A stretch of 64,000 bases of DNA from positions 32,001-96,000 of the forward strand of contig DASPSR010000020.1 of the NCBI GenBank assembly GCA_035623825.1, given 5' to 3'. Positions 1 to 11,392 of this stretch are shown here, one piece after another. This DNA is from Nitrospirota bacterium. Lineage in GTDB: Bacteria > Nitrospirota > UBA9217. Position 1 is the first letter of the stretch. Each line of letters starts with the position of its first letter. Below the pieces are notes generated by a model that saw nothing but the letters and a program-made list of their open reading frames with translations, did no database searches and had not been told where the DNA came from. Made by a program: the position numbers and the translations under genes.

Positions 1-900
1 AAGAGCAGCATCATCTTTCAACGCAACCAGTGATGAGAATCTGGGGAAAAGCCCAATGAAGACCGGACCGGCCAGCATAGTGGGTATTGCATTGCTGACA
101 GCTCCTGCCAGTGCGTAATAACCAAACATCTCCAAGCTTAGAATTTTACTCAGAATCAGCTTGTCCGCCTGCGTTAGGATGATTGCAGAAAGGGCGATAC
201 CGCTCATTCCCGCTGCAAAACGCCATATCGAATGTAACATTCCGAAATTGAACCGTGCAACGCGTTCGGCATGTGGCAGGCTTCGCCGGAGCAAGATTGT
301 AATGACTGACACAAAAATAGCACTAACTATTATTTGCCATTTGAAAAAAGCGGTAATGGTCGGTGAGACCAACCACAGTATAAGGATTGAACCGCAACTG
401 CCGATGGTAGATATACCGATTTTGACCACATTGAACAGGATCTGTCGCTGCAATCCTAGCAATCCGCCACCATATAAACTTATCGGCCATTGAAGGGCAA
501 CTACGAGCCCCATGATGGCGACGGACTGCTGAACAGTTGAACTGGGGAGGGAACCAGCCTTAATCCAATGCTTGGCAATGAAAGGCGAAGCGACCGCGAC
601 AACTATACCGATAGTCATACCGATTATCCAGTATCCTATCTCTAGTGTTCGCACTAAATCTCGTGCTTCGGCAGCCTTCTCCGGAAACACTGCATATCGT
701 GCCATTTCGCGGTTCATGGTCTGGCTTATACCAAGATCGAGAACCTGGAGCATTGCCTGCATCATTGCGAAAAATCCGATAAGTCCGTATGCCTCTATTC
801 CCAGAAACTTGATGTACAGCGGGATGAAGATGAAGGACATCAGGGCTGCCCAGCCCTGGCCCAGAAAATTAGCTACGATGTTCCGCTTGAGTAGAGTCAC
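1..900 (-). CDS. wzx: Wzx-type oligosaccharide flippase (runs off window start; absent from ORF track)
   Basis: Manual translation from GTG at 900: MTLLKRNIVANFLGQGWAALMSFIFIPLYIKFLGIEAYGLIGFF...LDLGISQTMNREMARY, typical Wzx N-terminus; starts immediately after fcl stop. Confidence 0.85.
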   Translation of the reverse strand, partial: MTLLKRNIVANFLGQGWAALMSFIFIPLYIKFLGIEAYGLIGFFAMMQAMLQVLDLGISQTMNREMARYAVFPEKAAEARDLVRTLEIGYWIIGMTIGIVVAVASPFIAKHWIKAGSLPSSTVQQSVAIMGLVVALQWPISLYGGGLLGLQRQILFNVVKIGISTIGSCGSILILWLVSPTITAFFKWQIIVSAIFVSVITILLRRSLPHAERVARFNFGMLHSIWRFAAGMSGIALSAIILTQADKLILSKILSLEMFGYYALAGAVSNAIPTMLAGPVFIGLFPRFSSLVALKDDAAL

Positions 901-901
901 T

Positions 902-1837
902 CTATTTCATCCCTTTATAATAGGCATAAGTCTTTCTTATGCCGTCCTCTAGGCTGGTCTTTGGTTCCCATCCTAAGGCACGGATTTTTGAAATGTCGAG
1001 AAGCTTTCTTGGCGTTCCATCCGGCTTTGCGTAATCGTGCTGTATTTTACCTATATACCCTGTTATTTCTTTGACTAGCTGGGCAAGATCTGCAATAGAG
1101 ACATCGGCACCTGATCCGATATTGACAAACTCCCCTATATCGCTGTAATTGTATTTGTTTATAAGAAACACGCAGGCATCTGCAAGGTCATCCACATACA
1201 GGAATTCCCGCATTGGCTCACCGGTGCCCCACAGAACAACGGAATCGCTCTTTGTGACTTTTGCTTCATGAAATTTGCGAATCAAGGCAGGAAGGGCGTG
1301 AGATGTTTCAAGATCGAAGTTGTCATACGGGCCGTACAGATTCGTTGGCATGACTGAGATAAAGTTCGTACCATATCGTTCATTGTAATAGCGGCAAAGC
1401 TTGATTGCGGCAATTTTGGCGATAGCGTAGGGCTCGTTCGTGGGCTCCAGAGCACCAGTCAGCAGATATTCCTCTTTCAAAGGCTGGGAAGCGAATTTGG
1501 GATAGATGCAGGAAGATCCGAGGTTCAAGAGTTTTTTGACGTCGTTGCGATGTGCCGCGTGGATCACGTTGGCTGCGATCATGATGTTGTCGTATATAAA
1601 TTCCGCCTTATACGTGCTGTTGGCCAGGATACCGCCTACCCGTGCGGCTGCGAGAAAAACGTATTCAGGCCTTTCCTGCTCAAAGAACGAGTCGACATCA
1701 GCCTGCCTGCGAAGGTCTAACTCCTTACTCGTCCGGAATATGATGTTCGTGTAGCCATCGGACTGAAGCTTCCGGAGAATTGCCGATCCTACGAGGCCAC
1801 GGTGTCCAGCGATATAGATTTTGGAATCCCGATTCAT
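902..1837 (-). CDS. fcl: GDP-L-fucose synthase
   Basis: [32 protein letters not shown] motifs; downstream of gmd. Confidence 0.95.
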   Translation of the reverse strand: MNRDSKIYIAGHRGLVGSAILRKLQSDGYTNIIFRTSKELDLRRQADVDSFFEQERPEYVFLAAARVGGILANSTYKAEFIYDNIMIAANVIHAAHRNDVKKLLNLGSSCIYPKFASQPLKEEYLLTGALEPTNEPYAIAKIAAIKLCRYYNERYGTNFISVMPTNLYGPYDNFDLETSHALPALIRKFHEAKVTKSDSVVLWGTGEPMREFLYVDDLADACVFLINKYNYSDIGEFVNIGSGADVSIADLAQLVKEITGYIGKIQHDYAKPDGTPRKLLDISKIRALGWEPKTSLEDGIRKTYAYYKGMK

Positions 1838-1851
1838 AATCTCATCCGCGC

Positions 1852-2916
1852 TTACAGGCCGTTCCGCCTGCAGAGTTTCTCCCGTTCTGCCTCTTTGAGG
1901 TCTGCTACGACCATGGTCTTAACTAGTTCAGAGAACGTCATCTTCGACTGCCAACCGAGCTTTTCCCTTGCTTTTGCCGCGTTGCCGATCAGGATGTCTA
2001 CCTCGGTAGGCCGGAAATAGGCCGGGTCAACTTCAACAACAACTTCGCCGGTCTGGCTGTTCTTACCTTGCTCATCTTTCCCGCTACCAGTCCATTCCAG
2101 TTTAATGCCGACTTCCTTGAATGCCGCATCGACAAATTCCCGGACCGAGTGGGTCTCTCCCGTCGCAATGACAAAATCATCAGGCTCCGGCTGCTGAAGC
2201 ATAAGCCACATCGCATCGACGTAGTCCTTCGCATGCCCCCAGTCCCGTTTCGCGCTGAGGTTGCCGAGATAGAGCTTTTTTTGCATCCCAAGCTTGATCC
2301 TTGCCGCTGCCATGGTGATCTTCCGGGTGACGAATGTCTCCCCCCGCACCGGAGATTCGTGGTTGAAGAGAATGCCGTTGCAGGCGAACATATGGTATGC
2401 CTCGCGGTAGTTGACGGTGATCCAGTACGAGTACAGTTTGGCGACAGCATAGGGGCTCCGGGGGTAGAAGGGGGTCCTTTCGGTCTGAGGGATTTCCTGC
2501 ACCAGTCCGTAGAGTTCGCTCGTTGATGCTTGATAAAAACGGGTCCTGTCCGACATACCGAGCAGCCGTATCGCCTCGAGGATGCGCAGCGTTCCAAGGG
2601 CATCGGCATTTGCCGTATATTCCGGTGTCTCAAAAGACACCTTGACGTGGCTCTGTGCGGCCAGGTTGTAGATCTCGTCGGGCTTTGTCTCCTGTATGAT
2701 TCTGATGATATTCGTTGAGTCCGTCAAGTCACCGTAATGCATGAAGAATTTAACATCCATCTCATGGGGGTCTTTGTAGAGGTGGTCTACTCTTGCCGTA
2801 TTATATGATGACGAGCGTCGCTTGATGCCGTGAACGATGTACCCTTTGCTTAAGAGGTATTCGGCCAGATAGGCCCCGTCCTGACCCGTAATGCCAGTAA
2901 TAAGTGCTGTTTTCAT
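1852..2916 (-). CDS. gmd: GDP-mannose 4,6-dehydratase
   Basis: [47 protein letters not shown]. Confidence 0.97.
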   Translation of the reverse strand: MKTALITGITGQDGAYLAEYLLSKGYIVHGIKRRSSSYNTARVDHLYKDPHEMDVKFFMHYGDLTDSTNIIRIIQETKPDEIYNLAAQSHVKVSFETPEYTANADALGTLRILEAIRLLGMSDRTRFYQASTSELYGLVQEIPQTERTPFYPRSPYAVAKLYSYWITVNYREAYHMFACNGILFNHESPVRGETFVTRKITMAAARIKLGMQKKLYLGNLSAKRDWGHAKDYVDAMWLMLQQPEPDDFVIATGETHSVREFVDAAFKEVGIKLEWTGSGKDEQGKNSQTGEVVVEVDPAYFRPTEVDILIGNAAKAREKLGWQSKMTFSELVKTMVVADLKEAEREKLCRRNGL

Positions 2917-3102
2917 TTGTGTCCCTTTCTAAAGAATTCACCCCATCCGTAAAGGCCGCTGCCATTAATATCACGAACGGTCTTCAACATAGCAGTCGGT
3001 ATATGCAGCATAAATATCGGATTGAACATCTTATGGTGTCCTGTGGTCCAATTGCCTACGTAATCATAAATGTCCAGTACAATAGAGATAAAATACCTCT
3101 CA

Positions 3103-3702
3103 TCACACAAAGAGCCTTTTTATCGAATCCTTCTTAATTCCAGTCATAAGAAGGTGCTTGTAGATTTCTTCTCCATGGAGATACGAAGTGACCACGATGC
3201 AGTCGTGTTGCATGGTTTGAATATCGCGTATCGGCTGTACTTTTTTGCCAAAGAATTTATTCCCCGTCCGTTCTTCATCCACGACGCCGACAAGGTCCAT
3301 ACCCGATTCCTGTAATGTGATGTACGCTATTTCAGCGACCTCATCGGCACCCGCAAACACGACCTTTTTCATGCCTTCCTTTTCCATATTTTGGAAGAGT
3401 TTTTTCACGGAGCTTCTCGCTTCGCGATAAATCCGCGTGTAGTCCTGCAACAGATGGTAGGTCAGGCGGGTCTTTTCGGTAAAACCCTTGGGGGTAAGAT
3501 AATAAGTATACCGTTTTGGGGGTATCGCCCGAACCGTGATATAGCCTTTTTTAACCAGGTTTTTGATGTAGGTGTTCACGAGGCCAAGGGCAATGCCGAG
3601 ACGGCTGCTCAGGTCCCGCTGGGTCAGGGAGTCGTTATTGGAAAGCTCGTCTAGGATCTGCAAAGACCGGTGATCGACGTCCGATGGGCGATTGTTGTTC
3701 AT
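3103..3702 (-). CDS. EPS-cluster-associated MarR-like winged-helix regulator with C-terminal Rossmann-like domain
   Basis: LTQRDLSSRLGIALGLVN...YYLTPKGFTEKTRLT wHTH; VVFAGADEVAE C-terminal domain. Confidence 0.85.
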   Translation of the reverse strand: MNNNRPSDVDHRSLQILDELSNNDSLTQRDLSSRLGIALGLVNTYIKNLVKKGYITVRAIPPKRYTYYLTPKGFTEKTRLTYHLLQDYTRIYREARSSVKKLFQNMEKEGMKKVVFAGADEVAEIAYITLQESGMDLVGVVDEERTGNKFFGKKVQPIRDIQTMQHDCIVVTSYLHGEEIYKHLLMTGIKKDSIKRLFV

Positions 3703-3712
3703 ATTATGAACA
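3696..3712. promoter_or_regulatory. 17-bp palindrome TGTTCATA-T-TATGAACA overlapping the regulator start codon; candidate autoregulatory operator
   Basis: Perfect inverted repeat between the -10 box and the start of the MarR-like gene. Confidence 0.6.
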
Positions 3713-3714
3713 CA

Positions 3715-3743
3715 AAAATACCATGAATATTTGCATAAGTCAA
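3715..3743 (-). promoter_or_regulatory. sigma70-type promoter for the MarR-like gene
   Basis: TTGACT-17 bp-TATTTT with TG extension. Confidence 0.55.
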
Positions 3744-3812
3744 GGCTTAGTTCTGCATTTTGTTTATTTTTACGAATATTATATGAATCGGTTTCTTAGG
3801 AAGGGTTGCTGT

Positions 3813-4688
3813 TTACTTCTTGATCTTTGTGCCGTATTTTTCTTTGAGATAACTCTCCAAGGAATCTCGCCAGGGCGGCAAAATGATCCCGAGTTCCCGG
3901 GCCTTCGTGTTTACAAGGGCCGAATAGAGCGGCCGCCTCATGGTGCCGCTCCTCCCGCCACGGTCAAGTGGCTTCACATAGACCGTAAAACCCATTATCT
4001 CATAGATCGCCTTGGTGAATTCGTACCAGCTGCATCTCCCCTCATTCACGAGATGGTAGATCCCGGGAGTCCGCTTTGGATGATCGATGAGCTGAAGTAT
4101 AGCTTTGCTCAGATCGTGCGTGTACGTAGGTGAGACGACCTGGTCGCTTCCCATTTCCAGAGACGTACGGCTTTTAGCATCCTGAACGCGCTTATCGACG
4201 AAGTTCCCACCCCTGGCCTGCGGGCCAGAAAGGCCGTATAAACCGCATGTTCTGATCACTATGGCGTGTTCGTGGGCCACGGACATGGCGGCATATTCAC
4301 CAGCAGCTCGGGTGATCCCGTAGATCTGCAGTGGAGCAGGCTTGTCGTCCTCCTGGTAAAGCGATTTCTTTTCACCGTCAAACACGTAATCGGTGCTGAA
4401 CGTGACAAAAAGGGCCTTAATGCGGTTGCAGGCTCTGGCCAGATCGCGTACTGCTACGCAGTTCTCACGGAAGGCAAGTTCAGGGTTGGTCTCACAGAGC
4501 GGTACATTGTGAAAGGCGACGGTATTGATGACCACGTCTGGACGGGCCTCATCTACGACAGAATCAATTGTCTCCCGAGAGCAGATATCGAGGACTTTCT
4601 GGTCGGGAGCGTAGATATCGTGATGAACATTATTACGCCAGATGTCGCTGCCGAGCTGTCCGGCCTTGCCGATGAGAAGAATTTTCAC
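3813..4688 (-). CDS. rfbD: dTDP-4-dehydrorhamnose reductase
   Basis: GKAGQLG, FSTDYVFDG, YHLVNEGRCSWYEF, RRPLYSAL; the catalytic YxxxK appears as YGITR. Confidence 0.85.
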   Translation of the reverse strand: MKILLIGKAGQLGSDIWRNNVHHDIYAPDQKVLDICSRETIDSVVDEARPDVVINTVAFHNVPLCETNPELAFRENCVAVRDLARACNRIKALFVTFSTDYVFDGEKKSLYQEDDKPAPLQIYGITRAAGEYAAMSVAHEHAIVIRTCGLYGLSGPQARGGNFVDKRVQDAKSRTSLEMGSDQVVSPTYTHDLSKAILQLIDHPKRTPGIYHLVNEGRCSWYEFTKAIYEIMGFTVYVKPLDRGGRSGTMRRPLYSALVNTKARELGIILPPWRDSLESYLKEKYGTKIKK

Positions 4689-4799
4689 ACCAACTCCGTA
4701 AATAGTCCAGTAGTGATCGTAACGGTGAGGATGTGATTAATACCGCTGAAGGTATCTGTGATTTGAATCATGAATGGAGTGCTAAATACAAAGAACAAA

Positions 4800-6761
4800 C
4801 TAATATTTTGTATGGACAGCATCCTCATTATTTTCTTTAACAGACGTTTTCTTAACTTCGTCGCTGCAATCGCTCCGTTTCATCATGAAACTTCCCGATC
4901 CCCCTTTTTCAGGCTGGAACTCTGGAACGATTTCCCGGATTTTTTCAATCGTCGTTTTAGAGGATCCATGCTGGAGCGATTCGATCAAACGCTCTATTTT
5001 TTCAAGCAATGCCTTCCAGTCAGTATTTACCGCACCGGCTACCTTGATTTTTTCGTGCAGCGTGGAGGTTATTTCTTCTCCGTCGGTCAAGAGTTCCTCG
5101 TACAGTTTTTCGCCAGGGCGTAGCCCAGTATATATGATCTTTATATCCTTTTCCGGCTCGAGACCGGAGAGCGCGATCATGTCCTGGGCCAGGTCTACGA
5201 TCTTGACCGGCTCTCCCATGTCCAGAATAAATATTTCTCCGCCCTTCCCCATTGCCCCTGCCTGCATGATCAGCTGTACAGACTCGGGGATGGTCATAAA
5301 ATAGCGGTATATCTCGGGATGCGTCACGGTTACCGGGCCGCCTTTGGCTATCTGCTGTTTAAATAGCGGTATCACGCTCCCTACGCTGTTCAATACGTTT
5401 CCGAATCTCACAGTCACGAATTTCGTCTTGCTGTCCCTGCCGAAACCCTGACAGATCAGTTCCGCCATCCGCTTGCTCGCACCCATGATGTTCGTTGGCC
5501 TGACCGCCTTGTCCGTAGATACCATGACGAATTTCTTTACCCCGTAAACATGTGACAGATGCGCAACGACCCACGTTCCATGCACATTGTTCCTCATCGC
5601 CTCTTCCACATTCAACTCCATGAGTGGAACGTGCTTGTATGCGGCAGCATGGAAGACTACTTCGGGCTTGAACTGTTTCAGTGTCCTTTCAGCTCGATTT
5701 TGATTTACGACATCTCCGATTACCGCATGAACCTCCAGATCGGGGAATGATTCCAAGAGCTGCATGTTGATCTGGTATAGATTGAATTCAGATCGCTCGT
5801 ATAACACAAGCCGCCTGGGCCAATACTGGGCGACCTGGCGACAGAGCTCGGATCCTATGGACCCCCCGGCTCCGGTGATCAATACGGTCTTATCCCGTAA
5901 GTATTCTCTGATTGAACCACTGTCGAGCTTGACAGGTTCCCTGCCCAGAAGGTCTTCAATTTGAAACTCCCGCAGGGCGTTCACAGTAACTGTCCCGTTA
6001 AGGAGCTGCCCTACGGCCGGAAGTGTTTTGAAAGTTACCCCGGCACTTTTGCAAACACGCATGATCCTGCGTTTTGCACTGGATGAAGCGGATGGGATCG
6101 CAAGAAAAATTTCTTCAATGGCATACTCGTTTACAATTCGCGGGATATCGCGGGTATGCCCGAGTACGCGGCAACCGTGAATAGTCGAATTACGTTTTGC
6201 CCGATTGTCATCAACCAAACCAACGGGAATAAAACCAAGATCGGAATTGTTTAACATTTCCCGAAGAATGAGGTCTCCCGCTTTGCCGGCCCCTACAATG
6301 AGCACACGTTTGCCGGCTCCGTTCCTGTGTTGTACACCGAACAGACTCTTAAATGCTCCTTCGCGATACAAGCGATAGGCAAAACGACTGCCGCCAACTA
6401 AAATTATGACGACGAACCAATCGATGACGAATACGGAACGGGGAAAATTCTCCAGTCTTGAGATCAAGAACAGAAGACCCACGGAAAGTCCGGAACTGAG
6501 GGTAACGGCTTGGAATAAGGAGATAAGATCCCGCAGCCCTACAAAACGCCACATTCCCCGATAAAGCCCCATAATCGCAAAAAGCGTTAAGCGGATCCCG
6601 AGAATCAGTGGCAAAGAGTGAAGTATCTGTGGGACATACTCACTCAGATTCAGTGTGTTAAAGCGAAGTGCGTAGGCGGCGAAGAAAGATAATGAGATGA
6701 GGAACGCATCATTTAGCAAAACCAACAGTCGCTTCAAAGGAGTTTCTGGCATGAAAGGCAT
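4800..6761 (-). CDS. Membrane-bound UDP-GlcNAc 4,6-dehydratase (CapD/PglF/WbpM family)
   Basis: N-terminal TM segments, EDLLGREPV, TGAGGSIGSE, HAAAYKHVP, STDKAVRP, GLRPGEKLYEEL. Confidence 0.93.
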   Translation of the reverse strand: MPFMPETPLKRLLVLLNDAFLISLSFFAAYALRFNTLNLSEYVPQILHSLPLILGIRLTLFAIMGLYRGMWRFVGLRDLISLFQAVTLSSGLSVGLLFLISRLENFPRSVFVIDWFVVIILVGGSRFAYRLYREGAFKSLFGVQHRNGAGKRVLIVGAGKAGDLILREMLNNSDLGFIPVGLVDDNRAKRNSTIHGCRVLGHTRDIPRIVNEYAIEEIFLAIPSASSSAKRRIMRVCKSAGVTFKTLPAVGQLLNGTVTVNALREFQIEDLLGREPVKLDSGSIREYLRDKTVLITGAGGSIGSELCRQVAQYWPRRLVLYERSEFNLYQINMQLLESFPDLEVHAVIGDVVNQNRAERTLKQFKPEVVFHAAAYKHVPLMELNVEEAMRNNVHGTWVVAHLSHVYGVKKFVMVSTDKAVRPTNIMGASKRMAELICQGFGRDSKTKFVTVRFGNVLNSVGSVIPLFKQQIAKGGPVTVTHPEIYRYFMTIPESVQLIMQAGAMGKGGEIFILDMGEPVKIVDLAQDMIALSGLEPEKDIKIIYTGLRPGEKLYEELLTDGEEITSTLHEKIKVAGAVNTDWKALLEKIERLIESLQHGSSKTTIEKIREIVPEFQPEKGGSGSFMMKRSDCSDEVKKTSVKENNEDAVHTKY

Positions 6762-6849
6762 GGACGAAAAACCCCCAAAACAAACTCTAAATCCATTCTG
6801 TATTTACGTTAGAAAAGAGAAAAAAAGCTCAGGATGGCATGATTAGCTT

Positions 6850-6877
6850 ATTATATCAGAAACTTCACTTTTGTCGA
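6850..6877 (-). promoter_or_regulatory. sigma70-type promoter upstream of the capD-like gene
   Basis: TCGACA-16 bp-TATAAT with TG extension. Confidence 0.5.
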
Positions 6878-6913
6878 AGAAAATCTCACCCTGATGAAAA
6901 AAGGCCGTGTTTG

Positions 6914-7501
6914 TTATAGCAGTTTTTTGAGGGTCAAAATGATCAACTTCATATCTGTCCTAAAGCACTTTTCTTTAAGATACTTTTTGTAAAGTTCTAT
7001 CTTCCGTGGAAGGACTTCCTTGATGTACCCTTCTTCCGGACGGTCGTACTTTTTCAATACCTCTTCCTCATTGCTGAACTCAACGGCCGCAAAATCTGTT
7101 ATTCCCGGCTTTACCTGGAGAACGGCCTTGTAGGCGTCCTTGAACATCTCCACATAGCGGGGAACTTCCGGCCTGGGGCCCACCATGCTCATATCACCGA
7201 AAAATACATTAAGGAGCTGCGGAAATTCATCAAGCTTATAGCTCCGCAGGAATCTCCCAGACTTCGTTATTCGCGGATCATCGCCTACCGTAATCTGATG
7301 CCCAGCATATTCAGCATCAGCAACCATGGTTCTGAACTTAAAGATCCGGAAAGTTTTTCCATCCTTCCCAACCCTTACTTGGCGGAAAAGGATCGGTCCG
7401 GGAGTATCAAGTTTAACCCAGAGAGCCACTATACAAAAGAACGGGGACAACAAAATTAAACCGATTGCCGAAAAAACTATATCAACTAACCGTTTCATCA
7501 T
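6914..7501 (-). CDS. Initiating undecaprenyl-phosphate sugar phosphotransferase (PglC-like bacterial sugar transferase)
   Basis: KRLVDI, KFRTM, DPRIT, LDEFPQLLNV, GDMSMVGPRPE, KPGIT. Confidence 0.93.
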   Translation of the reverse strand: MMKRLVDIVFSAIGLILLSPFFCIVALWVKLDTPGPILFRQVRVGKDGKTFRIFKFRTMVADAEYAGHQITVGDDPRITKSGRFLRSYKLDEFPQLLNVFFGDMSMVGPRPEVPRYVEMFKDAYKAVLQVKPGITDFAAVEFSNEEEVLKKYDRPEEGYIKEVLPRKIELYKKYLKEKCFRTDMKLIILTLKKLL

Positions 7502-7544
7502 AGTGTTTCTTGTCTAGCGACACACGAAACTGGACTCAGATAAC

Positions 7545-8702
7545 TTATCCTAAGATTTCCTTTATTGCGGCAACAACCCTCGCCTGGTCTTCATTCGTCA
7601 TTTTGGTATATATAGGCAAGCTCACAGATCTTTCGTAAGTATGAAAGGAGTCAGGATAATCATCCGGCTTGAGTTGATATCTATCTCTCCAATAAGGATG
7701 AAGATGCAGCGGTATAAAATGTACACTGCAACCAATCCCCTTTTCGTTCATTAACTCGATAAATCGGTCTCTGTCTACCGGAACATCATCCGTGAGACGA
7801 ATAACGTACAAATGCCATGCATGCACATCGCCCGCAGGTGCTTTGGGAGGCAGGGTGACAGGCAAGTCCTTTAACGACTCATCGTAGTAAGCTGCTATAT
7901 CTGCGCGCCGCTTTTGGAACGTCCAGGCCTTTTTCAACTGATGAATGCCCAGGGATGCGGCGATGTCTGTCATATTGTACTTAAACCCCGGCGCGATCAC
8001 CTCGTAGTGCCATGAAGGTTTTGACGATGTATAGCGGTCGAAAGCGTCACGGCTGATCCCGTGAAGCCGCATTACGCGGCACCGATTTGCCATTTCCGGA
8101 TTTCGGGTAACCACCATGCCGCCTTCGCCGGTCGTTATCGTTTTGGTGGCGTAAAAACTGTATACGGTAAGGTCGCTATCGAGTGTACCAATTAACTTCT
8201 TCTTGTGTGTCGTCGGCAGGGCATGAGCGGCATCTTCTATTACTTTTAGCCTTCTGCCCTTTGCAATTTGCAAAATAGCATCCATATCGCAAGCCAATCC
8301 AGCGAAATGAACAGGCAGAATTGCTTTCGTTTTAAGAGTGATTGCCTTTTCGATCTTGGCTGCATCGATATTGAATGTTTCGGGATCCACATCGACGAAG
8401 ACCGGATCAGCACCGAGGTAGCGGACCACTTCAGCCGTCGCAGTAAAAGTATAAGGAGTGGTAATGACTTCGTCTCCAGGACCGACTCCTGCAGCCTCCA
8501 GCGCTACGTGGAGGCCTGCCGTCGCCGAGTTTACCGCAATTGCTTCCACTCCTTTGCCAATGAAAGCGGCAAAGTCCTGCTCGAACCTTTTGGCTTTATG
8601 ACCTGTTGTAAGCCAGCCTGAGCGAAGAGCATCGAGAACCTCCTGTATCTCCTCTTCGCCGATATCGGGCAATGCAAATGGCAAAAATTTATATTTATCC
8701 AT
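7545..8702 (-). CDS. DegT/DnrJ/EryC1/StrS PLP sugar aminotransferase
   Basis: [31 protein letters not shown]; start refined to MDKYKF. Confidence 0.93.
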   Translation of the reverse strand: MDKYKFLPFALPDIGEEEIQEVLDALRSGWLTTGHKAKRFEQDFAAFIGKGVEAIAVNSATAGLHVALEAAGVGPGDEVITTPYTFTATAEVVRYLGADPVFVDVDPETFNIDAAKIEKAITLKTKAILPVHFAGLACDMDAILQIAKGRRLKVIEDAAHALPTTHKKKLIGTLDSDLTVYSFYATKTITTGEGGMVVTRNPEMANRCRVMRLHGISRDAFDRYTSSKPSWHYEVIAPGFKYNMTDIAASLGIHQLKKAWTFQKRRADIAAYYDESLKDLPVTLPPKAPAGDVHAWHLYVIRLTDDVPVDRDRFIELMNEKGIGCSVHFIPLHLHPYWRDRYQLKPDDYPDSFHTYERSVSLPIYTKMTNEDQARVVAAIKEILG

Positions 8703-8777
8703 AACCTGGGTTTTTCGCCAACCGGCGATATCTTTCACAGTATATGTTGTCTTGTTCGTAAAGCTTTGCCACTCTGT

Positions 8778-10226
8778 TCAGGTCATTTTTATTTTTGCTG
8801 ATTTATATGAGGAAGTGGAACGTAACAGAGATAGACCGGTTTTGAGCTTACGTCTCAGATCTCTATAACTGTTCACTCTGGTGACAGACCTAAGCATGTA
8901 ACCCGGGCTGAAATAAAACTTGTGAGTGGCATAATCTGCTAAGTCTGCAAGTTGTTCCTGGGTAAAGTGTTCGGTCCAAAACTGTGGTTGGATGCGGACA
9001 TAAGGGTTTTTGGCATATTCCTTCCAGTAGTCGTAGCTTATGATCTTGCGTTCGATGGCCATATCGTAAAGTTTCGTGGCGGGGAAAGGCGTCATCCTTG
9101 AGAACTGGGCGTAAGACGGCTTAAGCTCTCTGGCCAGTTTGATTGTGTCTTCGATTTCTTTTTGTCCTTCACCTGGGTTGCCTATAATAAAGTAGGCTAG
9201 TGTGTCAATTTTATGCTTCCTGCATAATGTAAAAGCTTTTTTTGCCATTTCCACGGTTATCTTTTTATTCAAGTTTTGCAGTATTCTGTCGTTTCCGGAT
9301 TCGACCCCTATATGCAGCCGCTTGCAGCCCGCCTTCTTAAACTTTTCCAGCATCTCTTCTGAAATGTTGTTGACCCTGGCGCGAGCGCCCCAGGGCATAC
9401 CAATCTTTCTTTTGATGATTTCGTCACAAATTTTCATAGCGACGCTGGAGTTCACGTAAAACGTATCATCAACAAAGAATATCTCGCGTATCCCCAGACC
9501 CCTAATATGCTCCATCTCATCCGCAATGCTTTTAGGACTTCTGTATGAGACTTTATCAATATGTTTGTAACAGAAGACGCATTTGTAAGGGCAACCTTTA
9601 GCCGATATCATCGTTGTAATCGGGTTATTTTCGGTCATGATGGAGAAGTACTTGTCTAACGGAACAAGATGTCTCGCCGGGAAAGGCATTTGTGAGTAAT
9701 CATTCATCGAGGCCGTCAGTTCGTTCATCCTGATCCGGCCTTCCTCATCTCTCCAGACAAGATTTCGTACTTCGGACAGATCGGTCTTGCCATCTGTCAA
9801 ATGACGAACCAGGTGCAGAAAAGGATACTCTCCTTCCTTCCTTATGACAAAATCGATTTCAGAAAGATTGATCGTTTGCTCCGGGTATATGTCCACATGC
9901 GGGCCGCCTAGGACGATCTTCGTTTCCGGCGAAACTTTTCTTATGGTCCTCGCCGTGAGCATCACGTCAGTCATGGTGAACGTCATCGCCGTCATACCGA
10001 CAAGATCGGGCTGCTCTTTGAGGATCCTCGCTTCAAGCTCCTCGTAGTTTATTTTTTCAGCTTGAGCGTCGATAATCCTTACGTCATCAATTCCTTTTGA
10101 TACAAGCACGGCAGCAATATACATGAGGCCGAGAGGCGGCTGCATGCTGCTTTCCCCGGAAACATATCGAGAAACCTGTGTCGTGATCTCGTTAAAGGCA
10201 GGCGGGTTTATCAACAATATTTTCAA
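8778..10226 (-). CDS. Cobalamin-binding radical SAM protein
   Basis: PPLGLMYIAA and GGPH B12-binding domain; GCPYKCVFC CxxxCxxC motif; GVESGN. Confidence 0.9.
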   Translation of the reverse strand: MKILLINPPAFNEITTQVSRYVSGESSMQPPLGLMYIAAVLVSKGIDDVRIIDAQAEKINYEELEARILKEQPDLVGMTAMTFTMTDVMLTARTIRKVSPETKIVLGGPHVDIYPEQTINLSEIDFVIRKEGEYPFLHLVRHLTDGKTDLSEVRNLVWRDEEGRIRMNELTASMNDYSQMPFPARHLVPLDKYFSIMTENNPITTMISAKGCPYKCVFCYKHIDKVSYRSPKSIADEMEHIRGLGIREIFFVDDTFYVNSSVAMKICDEIIKRKIGMPWGARARVNNISEEMLEKFKKAGCKRLHIGVESGNDRILQNLNKKITVEMAKKAFTLCRKHKIDTLAYFIIGNPGEGQKEIEDTIKLARELKPSYAQFSRMTPFPATKLYDMAIERKIISYDYWKEYAKNPYVRIQPQFWTEHFTQEQLADLADYATHKFYFSPGYMLRSVTRVNSYRDLRRKLKTGLSLLRSTSSYKSAKIKMT

Positions 10227-11392
10227 TTTCTGTCCCTATCGGTGAAAAAGCCGTGATAAAAAGCGAGCAGTCGTCCGCAGACTTTTCCCCTGTCGAATTC
10301 CTTTTCCATGTATATTCTCCCCTGGCTGCCCAGTCTCTTCCTAAGTGATTCATCGCGAATGAGCGCTCTCATGCAATCTGCCAGTTGTTTTATATCACCA
10401 TTCTGATATAAAATGCCAGTTTCGCCGTCCTTGACGGCATCTATGTTACCACGAACTCTTGATGCAATGCAAGGTAACTGCATAGCAGAGCCTTGCAGCA
10501 GGGCATTCGGCAAGCCTTCGTGGTGGGAGGGATGCACCAGTATTTCCGAGGCCGAAAGGAAACCAGGGACATCATCAGTCCAACCGGTTACCCGTATGCG
10601 CGGATGGCTATGTAGCGTATTTAAAACGCCCTCGGGAAGCCCTCCCCTGCTTTCCTGCTCCAGCGAGCCGATTAAAAGAAGAATTGTGTGGTTGTCATCC
10701 AGAGCCTTGAAGGCCTCAAGCAATTCCACAATTCCTTTTTCGGCCATGATTCTTCCAACAAACGCAATAACGACGTCTTTTCCCCGGATGCCGTACTGGC
10801 TTCTCAATGTATTTCTTCGGGATTGAAGCAGTCCTGGAGTAAAGCGGTCGAGATCAACACCGTTTGATGAACCCTGTCCGAGCACATGCGCCCGTTTCGG
10901 GTTCAAACGGCCGGAACTGACAAGGTAGTCCTTCAGGGATCTGCTGTTGACGATAACCTGCGTAGCAATATTCAAGGTCAACTTTTCGCATAATAGGATC
11001 GCGGTTCCCGAGATCGGCCCCCTGAAGTCTGCTGTCCATCCGGCGACGGAATGTACCCGATGTCTCACGCCGGCCAGATAAGAGGCCGTCATGCCGACGA
11101 GGCCTCCCTTCGAAGTATGCGTATGAATTATATCCGGCTTGATCTCCCTGATCAGTCCAGTCAACCTTGAGATGGTTTTAACATCTCTTAAAAGTGTCAT
11201 ACTGCGCGAAATATCTACGGCGTGGTGTTGAAATCCCTCTGCTTTTGCCACCTCAGAGGAAGAAGGGTCCGGTGATGTGACAACATGAACCTCGAATCCG
11301 TTGTCGGCAAGGAAGCGGTTCTGGCCTTCAAAAATCGCTTTAACCGTGGAGAATATGGGCGTAATTCTAACTAGTTTTGGTTTGCGTTGCAT
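10223..11392 (-). CDS. Glycosyltransferase family 4
   Basis: HTHTSKGGLVG, SSNGVD, PSHHEGLPNALLQ. Confidence 0.9.
   Translation of the reverse strand: MQRKPKLVRITPIFSTVKAIFEGQNRFLADNGFEVHVVTSPDPSSSEVAKAEGFQHHAVDISRSMTLLRDVKTISRLTGLIREIKPDIIHTHTSKGGLVGMTASYLAGVRHRVHSVAGWTADFRGPISGTAILLCEKLTLNIATQVIVNSRSLKDYLVSSGRLNPKRAHVLGQGSSNGVDLDRFTPGLLQSRRNTLRSQYGIRGKDVVIAFVGRIMAEKGIVELLEAFKALDDNHTILLLIGSLEQESRGGLPEGVLNTLHSHPRIRVTGWTDDVPGFLSASEILVHPSHHEGLPNALLQGSAMQLPCIASRVRGNIDAVKDGETGILYQNGDIKQLADCMRALIRDESLRKRLGSQGRIYMEKEFDRGKVCGRLLAFYHGFFTDRDRN

Noticed and set aside
2913-3110. 65-aa minus-strand ORF between the MarR-like gene and gmd
   Set aside because: TTG start inside the upstream gene, no SD and no recognisable motif; probably non-coding spacer
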